Assembly: GCA_052035325.1 (NCBI GenBank)
Contig: JBPOHR010000011.1
Location: 8,131 to 72,130, forward strand
Source of the DNA: Patescibacteria group bacterium
GTDB taxonomy: Bacteria; Patescibacteriota; Microgenomatia; UBA1400; PJMF01
Direction: 5' to 3'
Length of the DNA stretch: 64,000 nt
A program made the translations under genes and the position numbers. Below are positions 11,944 to 19,379 of this stretch, in pieces (within the stretch, counting starts at the first letter, position 1; each line of letters begins with the position of its first letter). Below the pieces are notes generated by a model. The model saw only the letters and a list, made by a program, of their open reading frames with translations. It was not told the origin of the DNA and made no database searches.

Positions 11944-13146
11944 ATGGATATTTTTAAGTACAAAGTCAAAAATCAGCATGGAGAAACGATTGCTGGCAAG
12001 GTAGAGGCGCAGAGTCTAGCTCAAGCCGCAGCAGTATTGCGGGGACGCGGTTTGTTGGTGATCTCTGTCAAACCACAAAGCTCGTTTACTAGTGCGAAAC
12101 TACAAGAGTTTTTCGGGGGCGTTAAGCAAGATGAAGTAGTGACCCTGACGAGACAACTATCGACCATGATCACTGCTGGCTTACCACTTATCCAGGCAAT
12201 GTCGATTTTGGCGCAACAAAGCAAGCCTTCCCTTTCGCACCTGGTAAGCGAGTTACAGCGAGAAATTGAAGGCGGCAGCACGTTTGCCAAAGCGTTGGAG
12301 CGATTCCCGAAACAATTTTCTCGGGTCTATATTCAGCTAGTCCGGGCTGGTGAAATTGGCGGTGTCTTGGATGAAGTGTTGCAACGTCTAGCAGACAATA
12401 TGGAAAAAGATAAAGAGTTTCGTGCGAAGACGCGTGGGGCACTCATTTATCCGGCAATCGTTGTCATGGCATTGGTAGTAGTCGCAGCGGTGATGATGAT
12501 CTTTGTGATTCCAAAATTGACGGAAATGTACAAAGATTTTGGTGCAGAACTTCCACTGCCGACGCAAATTTTAATCAGCATGTCCAACTTTTCAGTCAAC
12601 TACTGGTGGATTATCCTGGCGGGAGTGATTGGCGGGACAGTATTCTTTAAGCGGTGGGTTGCAACCAAAGCCGGTCGGCACACCTTTGACAATTTCAAAC
12701 TCAAGATTCCTGTTTTCGGTATCCTTGTCTCAAAGATTATCCTGACCGAGTTTGCACGGACGCTTTCGTTGCTACTGGGCGCGGGCATATCCCTTCTACA
12801 GGCTTTGCAGATCGTGTCAGGTGCTTCAAGCAATGTCATTTTTCGCGAGGCGATGGAAGAATCTGCTCGACAAGTTGAGAAAGGTGTGCCCTTGTCTCAA
12901 TCTTTGTCGAGTTACAAAGTATTTCCACCTATTTTGTCACAAATGATTGCAGTAGGAGAAGAAACGGGCAAACTTGATGACGTGTTGATGAAGCTGTCAA
13001 AATACTTTGAAGCAGAGAGTGAAAATGCCGTGAAAAATATGACAACAGCATTGGAACCGATGATCATGATTGTGTTAGGAATTGGTGTGGGCGTGATGGT
13101 TATCGCCGTGATTATGCCAATTTACAATTTGACGAGTCAGTTTTAG
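11944..13146 (+). CDS. pilC: Type IV pilus platform protein PilC (GspF family)
   Basis: Two T2SS-F repeats, 3 TM segments, 400 aa, start overlaps the pilT stop. Confidence 0.85.
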   Translation: MDIFKYKVKNQHGETIAGKVEAQSLAQAAAVLRGRGLLVISVKPQSSFTSAKLQEFFGGVKQDEVVTLTRQLSTMITAGLPLIQAMSILAQQSKPSLSHLVSELQREIEGGSTFAKALERFPKQFSRVYIQLVRAGEIGGVLDEVLQRLADNMEKDKEFRAKTRGALIYPAIVVMALVVVAAVMMIFVIPKLTEMYKDFGAELPLPTQILISMSNFSVNYWWIILAGVIGGTVFFKRWVATKAGRHTFDNFKLKIPVFGILVSKIILTEFARTLSLLLGAGISLLQALQIVSGASSNVIFREAMEESARQVEKGVPLSQSLSSYKVFPPILSQMIAVGEETGKLDDVLMKLSKYFEAESENAVKNMTTALEPMIMIVLGIGVGVMVIAVIMPIYNLTSQF

Positions 13147-13172
13147 TTGGCAAGCAAGCGTTTTGTAGTGAT

Positions 13173-13193
13173 TTTTCACGAAGTTTTCACGAA
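13173..13193 (+). promoter_or_regulatory. Direct repeat TTTTCACGAA-g-TTTTCACGAA in the pilA upstream region
   Basis: Two exact 10-bp copies separated by 1 nt, about 105 nt upstream of the pilA ATG. Confidence 0.4.
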
Positions 13194-13298
13194 ACATTGT
13201 CGCTCGAGTAAGCCTGATAGAGATTTACCCCTTGCATCGTACTTTCATATTAGTGTAGTGTTGAGTTAGTACTAGATTAATGTACGGAAAATCTGCCT

Positions 13299-13946
13299 AT
13301 GTATTCTCCAAAAATGCTTACTCGCAGGCTGTCAGCGCAGCTGCATTCTCGTCAGTTAGTTCAAGCTGGTTTCACCATGATTGAGCTCTTGGTGGTGATT
13401 GCCATTCTAGGTATTTTGGCTGTAGCCGTACTTTCAGCAATCAACCCTATTGAGCAAATCAATCGGGGTCGCGATACGGCTTCCCAATCTGATGCGGAAC
13501 AGCTGCTGTCCGCTATTGATCGCTACGTAGCTTTCCAAGGCTATTTGCCATGGCAAAGTTCTCCAGATTCAACCACGCGCGAACTTGCTTGGGGCGAGTT
13601 TACTGATACGTTGGTGGATGATGGCGCTCCTACTGCATGTGCGGTTTATGTCAAACTCGGCGAAGGTGACACAAATTGTGAGGGCGCAGGTGAGCTCAAG
13701 GCGACCTTCTTCAATCGGATCCTCCGGGCCACTACACCAAATGCTAATCCACTCTACGTCTATCGCGGTGCTGGCGTGAGTGATAGTACCTATGCTTGCT
13801 TTGTGCCACAGTCACAAGCCTTCATGAACTTGGCAGTCAAGCGATGTGGAACTGCCGGAGATGGTTTGCCAACTGATGTTGATGCAACAACTGCTGATCT
13901 CATCTGTCCGGCTGATCCCGCAGGCACGTTCTACTGTATTCCTTAA
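13299..13946 (+). CDS. pilA: Type IV (major) pilin, class III signal peptide
   Basis: Prepilin motif ...QAG/FTMIELLVVIAILGILAVAV with Glu at +5; C-terminal Cys pairs; follows a long 5' intergenic region. Confidence 0.85.
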   Translation: MYSPKMLTRRLSAQLHSRQLVQAGFTMIELLVVIAILGILAVAVLSAINPIEQINRGRDTASQSDAEQLLSAIDRYVAFQGYLPWQSSPDSTTRELAWGEFTDTLVDDGAPTACAVYVKLGEGDTNCEGAGELKATFFNRILRATTPNANPLYVYRGAGVSDSTYACFVPQSQAFMNLAVKRCGTAGDGLPTDVDATTADLICPADPAGTFYCIP

Positions 13947-14031
13947 CCCTGTACACTACTGTAACAATGAAAACCGCCTCGCAAGGGGCGGTTTTTGCCA
14001 AATTGGACATGATAGCGTACGCTACTACTAG

Positions 14032-14865
14032 ATGCTTATCGCTTTTTTGTTGACCTCTACTCTACTTTTTGTCATCGGTGCTATTTTGGGAAGTTTTCTC
14101 AATGTGGTGATTTATCGCACACTCGATGATGATCCCGTCAAGCGACATGAGTCTTGGATGTCAGGATGGTCGCGGTGTGACTCATGCCACCACCGAATTG
14201 CCTGGTACGACAATATTCCACTCGTGTCGTACGTGGTATTGCAGGCCAAGTGTCGTAACTGTCATAAGCCAATCGGGGCAGCCCACCCCATGGTGGAGCT
14301 ACTGACAGGATCACTGCTGGTGTGGTGGTATTGGGGTGGTTCATTGTTTTTCCAGATTACCAAAGCACCGTTCCATACATTACAGCCGCTATTTTGGTTG
14401 AGTGTGGGTGTGTTGTTATTGGTGATTGCTTTGGCCGATCTTCGTTACTGGATTATTCCTGACTGGGCTGTGGTGATGTTGACTGGCTTGACTGTTCTGT
14501 ATCGAGTAGTCTTGGTAGGTGCTGGAGTGATGCAGTATCCCGATCTGGTGGCAACGCTGATTGCCAGTGTGCTAGCGACCGCCGGCTTGGGCGTATTATG
14601 GCTTGCCACCAAACGACAAGGTATTGGTTTGGGTGATGTTAAGTTGATGTTTCCACTGGGGTTGCTGGTGGGTTGGCCAAATGTGTTGGTGACGTTATTC
14701 TTGGGTTTTGTGTTGGGAGCGGTGGTTGGTATTGCCTTAGTCTTGCGCAAAACAAAAAACATTCATCAGGCAATCCCCTTTGGACCTTTTTTGGTACTCG
14801 CAAGTTGTGTAAGCTTAGTATGGGGAGACCGCATTGTGTCGTGGTATCTCCAGTTGCTTCGATGA
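14032..14865 (+). CDS. pilD: Prepilin peptidase PilD (A24 family)
   Basis: Zn-binding CDSCHHRI...CRNCHKPI tetracysteine, multi-TM, two catalytic Asp regions. Confidence 0.85.
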   Translation: MLIAFLLTSTLLFVIGAILGSFLNVVIYRTLDDDPVKRHESWMSGWSRCDSCHHRIAWYDNIPLVSYVVLQAKCRNCHKPIGAAHPMVELLTGSLLVWWYWGGSLFFQITKAPFHTLQPLFWLSVGVLLLVIALADLRYWIIPDWAVVMLTGLTVLYRVVLVGAGVMQYPDLVATLIASVLATAGLGVLWLATKRQGIGLGDVKLMFPLGLLVGWPNVLVTLFLGFVLGAVVGIALVLRKTKNIHQAIPFGPFLVLASCVSLVWGDRIVSWYLQLLR

Positions 14866-15785
14866 GAATCTTACGTTTTTTTATCACATCTCTTCTTATT
14901 ACTGCTTTGTTGGCAGGCACAGTATTTGTAATAGCTCGAGAAGCACTGCTTTTTTTGGCTACTAATCAAGTTAAATCGAGCATCACAACTATAGCTAGGA
15001 CCAATTATCTTCCTGGGGTGCCCCATATTGATTGTCAAACTCAGGGAAAAATTACCAGTGACATGACATTGATTAACGTGTATGCAGTCCAGCTAGGTTT
15101 TAGTGACGATCAGCATTTCACCTGGGAAGTTATTTGCGATTCCCCTCTCCGCGAGCCAAAAGTGTTGGCAGACTATGTATTACCACCTTTTGTCTACAAA
15201 ATAGCAGGCTCAGGTGGCCTTGTTTGGCGACAGCCGTACTCTGCTTTCACTTTGGAGGTATGGGGACGTCGTCGATCGTTTATATTAGAAAATCAATCTC
15301 TCCGTGTTACAGAAGGTAGCTTGACGCAGCCTCCTGATCAGCAACCAGTGGTGATGTGTGCGGGGATGGGTTACCAGTGTTGTCAACTTGATTCCGAGCA
15401 AGGTCTGGGGGCGGTGGCATCTGAAGTGCGAGACTGTCCACTGTCTTGTTTTGCACGCTGTCAAAGTCGACCAGTTATTTTGTCATTTAATACTGAACCA
15501 TATACTGATGCTCAAACTCGAGTGCTTGAAGTTGCTTCTGGGGATTTGATTTCATTTAATTATGTCATCGACGCAGGTGCGGGTGGTGATGTGACAACAG
15601 AGCTGTCTTTTGGGGATGGTGAAGTGAGTAAAGGTACAGAAGCAACAGCAACGGTTGAGCATACCTATCGGTGCCTGGCGCAGGTATGCGAATATCGGGC
15701 TACATTGGAGGCGACAGATGCTAGAGGGGCGACATCGCCGAGCAGTACAGTCAACACACTTACCATCAGGGTGACAGGCCGCTAA
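14862..15785 (+). CDS. Membrane-anchored Cys-rich protein with C-terminal PKD-like domain
   Basis: N-terminal TM helix, many Cys, LSFGDGEVSKG...VEHTY....YRATLEATDARG resembles the PKD signature (WDFGDG...HTY); ATGA start/stop overlap with pilD. Confidence 0.5.
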   Translation: MRILRFFITSLLITALLAGTVFVIAREALLFLATNQVKSSITTIARTNYLPGVPHIDCQTQGKITSDMTLINVYAVQLGFSDDQHFTWEVICDSPLREPKVLADYVLPPFVYKIAGSGGLVWRQPYSAFTLEVWGRRRSFILENQSLRVTEGSLTQPPDQQPVVMCAGMGYQCCQLDSEQGLGAVASEVRDCPLSCFARCQSRPVILSFNTEPYTDAQTRVLEVASGDLISFNYVIDAGAGGDVTTELSFGDGEVSKGTEATATVEHTYRCLAQVCEYRATLEATDARGATSPSSTVNTLTIRVTGR

Positions 15786-15799
15786 AAAATCGGTATAGT

Positions 15800-16261
15800 G
15801 TGATCATGAGCTTTCTTTTTTCTCAGCAAAAAACTCGACGTGCCAATGGGTTTACTCTGATTGAAATGTTGATTGTGATGGTAATTATTGGGATTTTGAC
15901 AACCTTGGTGGCGACCAACTTAGTGACGGCGCAGAGCCGTGGACGCGACGCGAAACGCAGGGCTGACATAAAAGCACTCCAGACAGCCTTCGAACTGTAC
16001 TACTCTGAAAATGGCTCATATGCCGCAACGTGTGATGCAATGGCCACAACGGCCTATCTTCCTCAGGGAGTTACTGCTGACCCTTCGACAAGTATCCCCT
16101 ACACGCACCAGAGCACTTGCCAAGTTGATACCACTGATTATTGTATTTGTGCGGAACTAGAGCGCGGCGGCGGCAATGCCACTGAGGGTCCTAGTTCGGC
16201 GCAATGTACGTATGCCAGTTCTGGTGAACGTCTCTGGTACTGCCAGAGTAATGTGCAGTAA
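15800..16261 (+). CDS. Type IV pilin/pseudopilin
   Basis: N-terminal ...ANG/FTLIEMLIVMVIIGIL prepilin motif; Cys pairs in C-terminal half. Confidence 0.75.
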   Translation: MIMSFLFSQQKTRRANGFTLIEMLIVMVIIGILTTLVATNLVTAQSRGRDAKRRADIKALQTAFELYYSENGSYAATCDAMATTAYLPQGVTADPSTSIPYTHQSTCQVDTTDYCICAELERGGGNATEGPSSAQCTYASSGERLWYCQSNVQ

Positions 16262-16270
16262 AGGTATGGT

Positions 16271-16756
16271 ATGACACAACACACTCACTCTACCCTCCCC
16301 CCGCGAGCGACCGGTTTTACCCTGATTGAAATTCTGATTGCAGTAGCGATTATGGTGATTTTAACCACGATTGGTTTGGTAAGTTACCGACAGGTGGGGA
16401 TTGGTGCTCGGGATGGCAAACGCAAAGCAGATTTAGAATCTGTACGCCAGGCATTGGTGTTTTATCGCACTGATGAGGGGATGTATCCGGATATAGCGAA
16501 TGCTGATATTAGTGGTGATTGTAGTGGCGGCTCTGATGCTCGCAGTGGTTTTGAGGAAATGCTTGGTGAATTGTCGAGCGAAGGGTATGTGACGGTGACC
16601 GGGAATGGTCTGAAAGATCCAAAGGATGGTATAGAGTGCTATGGGTATCGATATCGCAGTCCTGACAACGGAGCAACGTTTGAACTATGTGCCAAATTAG
16701 AGAGTGATGCAACTCCCACCACTCATAGTGATGACTATTGTGCCAACAGTCCATAA
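16271..16756 (+). CDS. Type IV pilin/pseudopilin
   Basis: ...ATG/FTLIEILIAVAIMVIL prepilin motif. Confidence 0.75.
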   Translation: MTQHTHSTLPPRATGFTLIEILIAVAIMVILTTIGLVSYRQVGIGARDGKRKADLESVRQALVFYRTDEGMYPDIANADISGDCSGGSDARSGFEEMLGELSSEGYVTVTGNGLKDPKDGIECYGYRYRSPDNGATFELCAKLESDATPTTHSDDYCANSP

Positions 16757-17252
16757 CACACTCATATCTGGACGCCAAGCTGGTTTCTCGGCTGGGTTTA
16801 CTATGATCGAATTGTTGGTCACGGTGACGGTTTTGTTGTTGATAACTGGATCAGGTATAGCAGCTATGATGCGGTTCAACGACCGCCAGTCTTTGCGAGA
16901 TAGTGCGCGAACATTGCAATCAACGCTGAAAAGTGCTGCTACGAGGGCAAAAATTGGTGATGTTCCTTCCGCATGTTTTGACGCTGCCGCAAAGTTGACA
17001 GGATACCGAGTCACTTTGATTCAAGGTACAGGAATAGTGACGGTTGAAGCAATGTGTGGGGCCCAAATCGTTTTGGTTGATCAGTTTTCCCTACCCAATT
17101 TTGTGGTGAGTGATACCACCGCCACTTTGGTGTTTTGGCCACTGTATGGAGGTGTGCAGGGAGCAACAGTCATTACGTTGGAGAAGGCACCGTTGCAGTA
17201 TCAGTTTGAAGTGACAACCGAGGGTGAGATTACTGACGGGGATTTTGAATGA
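16704..17252 (+). CDS. Type IV minor pilin-like protein (long leader; overlaps previous gene by 53 nt)
   Basis: ...SAG/FTMIELLVTVTVLLL prepilin motif; only in-frame ATG upstream is 16704. Confidence 0.6.
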   Translation: MMQLPPLIVMTIVPTVHNTLISGRQAGFSAGFTMIELLVTVTVLLLITGSGIAAMMRFNDRQSLRDSARTLQSTLKSAATRAKIGDVPSACFDAAAKLTGYRVTLIQGTGIVTVEAMCGAQIVLVDQFSLPNFVVSDTTATLVFWPLYGGVQGATVITLEKAPLQYQFEVTTEGEITDGDFE

Positions 17253-17761
17253 AAAAATCTTCTTTGTTGCAAACAGCTCTTAATCGGCGTCAACGACAGA
17301 ATCAACAAGGATCGGGGATTATTGAGGTCTTGATTGCCACCTTGGTGGTGGGAATGACACTGACTTCGGTAGCGGCAGTACTGACACTGTCGCTGAAAGC
17401 TAATGGCCAAAACCGACTGCGTGCCATAGCTCAGACACGTGCCCAAGAAGGTGTGGAAACATTCAGTCGCTATCGTGATGAGCTGGGGTGGCGGGCGTTC
17501 AGCACGCAGTTTCCGGCCGATACGCCTACAATCTACTGTCTAGACCCTTTACCAACATCGATGGCAGAATTCAGTACTATGGCGCCAGGTGCATGTACAC
17601 AAGGTGTGCAGCTTGTGGGTACCAGTTTCACCCGCCAGGTTGAAGTCACGCCACTCGGCGTCAGTCCGACGACAGCTGTGGGGATTCGTGTGACTGTTAG
17701 TTGGGAGGATGGCAATCAGACCAAGGACGTGACCTTGTATCAGGTGTTGAAGGATATTTGA
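17249..17761 (+). CDS. Type IV minor pilin-like protein (PilV/PilW-like)
   Basis: QQGSG/IIEVLIATLVVGMTL hydrophobic N-terminus with Glu at +5. Confidence 0.55.
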   Translation: MKKSSLLQTALNRRQRQNQQGSGIIEVLIATLVVGMTLTSVAAVLTLSLKANGQNRLRAIAQTRAQEGVETFSRYRDELGWRAFSTQFPADTPTIYCLDPLPTSMAEFSTMAPGACTQGVQLVGTSFTRQVEVTPLGVSPTTAVGIRVTVSWEDGNQTKDVTLYQVLKDI

Positions 17762-17820
17762 TAAAAACTTAGTGCTGTAATAGCTGGTTTTTAATCGATA
17801 AATTACGCTAAAAATAAAAA

Positions 17821-18792
17821 ATGTCAAAAGAATCACTTCACACAAAACTGAGTAGAGCAGCTGAAATGCTAGGCAGGCTGTTGGAAGGTTTAAAGCGAAA
17901 AAGACGGTTCAACAATCAAACTAAGGAGACAGTACGTGCTGAGGAATCGACTCTTGAAACCGGAGAAAAAATATTTGATGAGATAGTACGTGCTGAGGAA
18001 TCGACTCTTGAAACCGGAGAAAAAATATTTGATGAGACAGTACGTGCTGAGGAATCGACTCCTGAAAGCAGAGAAAAAAAACTTGATGAGGGAGCAATTC
18101 GAGATGTTGTAAGAAAGTGCAGAATACCAACATTTGCCTCAGGGATCGATGTCGAGACCCTCTCAGAGGGGGTTCAGTTGACTGAAGAACAGCAGCAAGT
18201 AGTTATAGATAATGTCAGAATTTTTTTTGAAGCATTTATCAATGATAAGTACAGAAATAGTGGCATAGCTACAGAAACACGGTTGCCAGTAAATGACTCG
18301 ACGCCACAAGATCAGGCAGAACGCCAGCCTGTGGTGATCCGCTACCAGACCGATTCTGGGAAAATTGGTGGAAGTCTGAATGCAGGTGGGCAGACGTATG
18401 ACAATGATTGGAGTAAGTATCTTACATCAGTTATCACTAGGAGAGTTGGTTTTTCTATTGACTGGAGTAAAAACCCAAGTTTTTCGATATTGTTAACGAC
18501 GCCTGATGGAGAGTTAACACTGTCTGACTTCGAAGGAAATGGTGGTGATCACGCTTTAGATCAGGTGCTCGCTAGTCCTGACGATCTGCCAGAGCAGCCA
18601 TTTAGTGATGACAAACCTGTTGAGCCGAAGGCTATCCTGCCGCGCATCATTTTGCCGCAACGAATTTCGGTTGATGATTTACCGAATCAAACAGGTGACG
18701 TAGTTGTGTTATCCGAATTCTCGCCTGAAGATTGGTTGGTGCTCATTTCCATGCACGTATTCAATCTATTCTTTGCGGAACAAAAATCCTAG
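17821..18792 (+). CDS. Hypothetical protein with three tandem 18-aa repeats (VRAEESTLETGEKIFDE.)
   Basis: 3 x 54-bp near-perfect DNA tandem repeat at 17931-18092 encodes the repeats; acidic; no TM. Confidence 0.5.
   Translation: MSKESLHTKLSRAAEMLGRLLEGLKRKRRFNNQTKETVRAEESTLETGEKIFDEIVRAEESTLETGEKIFDETVRAEESTPESREKKLDEGAIRDVVRKCRIPTFASGIDVETLSEGVQLTEEQQQVVIDNVRIFFEAFINDKYRNSGIATETRLPVNDSTPQDQAERQPVVIRYQTDSGKIGGSLNAGGQTYDNDWSKYLTSVITRRVGFSIDWSKNPSFSILLTTPDGELTLSDFEGNGGDHALDQVLASPDDLPEQPFSDDKPVEPKAILPRIILPQRISVDDLPNQTGDVVVLSEFSPEDWLVLISMHVFNLFFAEQKS
17931..18092 (+). repeat. Tandem direct repeat, 3 x 54 bp (units 1 and 2 differ at one base; unit 3 diverged)
   Basis: agtacgtgctgaggaatcgactcttgaaaccggagaaaaaatatttgatgaga[t/c] repeated head-to-tail. 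Confidence 0.9.
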
Positions 18793-18796
18793 TTCA

Positions 18797-19378
18797 CTAT
18801 CTATTTCTCAACCGTGTTGTGGTAGTAAATGTCTGTTCGACAATATCTTTTGCCTGATCTATTCCCGGTATACCCTTGCGCAAAGTGAACGAAACGTCCA
18901 CAGCAGTCCCCCCTGCTCCACTCTGGCTGCAGTTAAACATCACCCGATCATCAGGATTTGGACCATTTTGAATTAATTCGACAGCAGCCGTCGTCAAGTA
19001 TGTGGTAGCTGTGGCTGAGGTGGAGGCAACTTTATACGTGCCAGAACCAGGCGGATCTTCGAGCGCTGTCAGTGTGTACAATCCACCATCAAAGCCTTTG
19101 ACAACCACCGATGTCATACTTGGTTGACAGGTTTGGCCATCGGCGTTTTGTTGGAGTTCTAGAGCATTACGGAGTAGAAACTCCATTTGTGCAATCGCCG
19201 CCGTGCCTTCCGTTTTTATCAGACTTAAACTATTGGTTTTAGTGTTGCCTATCAGTAGAGTGATGAACAATGTCGACGCAGTTAGCAGCAACATTACTGA
19301 CAACGTCACCACAATCAACAACTCAATTAAAGTAAAACCCCGTTGTGATTGTCGCATTTGATGGGAGTGGGCGTACAT
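18797..19378 (-). CDS. Type IV pilin-like protein (minus strand)
   Basis: QRG/FTLIELLIVVTLSVMLLL prepilin motif. Confidence 0.7.
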   Translation of the reverse strand: MYAHSHQMRQSQRGFTLIELLIVVTLSVMLLLTASTLFITLLIGNTKTNSLSLIKTEGTAAIAQMEFLLRNALELQQNADGQTCQPSMTSVVVKGFDGGLYTLTALEDPPGSGTYKVASTSATATTYLTTAAVELIQNGPNPDDRVMFNCSQSGAGGTAVDVSFTLRKGIPGIDQAKDIVEQTFTTTTRLRNR

Positions 19379-19379
19379 G

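Noticed and set aside
17921-18133. 70-aa minus-strand ORF with internal repeats
   Set aside because: It is an antisense reading of the 3x54-bp tandem repeat inside the 17821..18792 gene. Its repetitiveness is a mirror of the sense-strand repeat.
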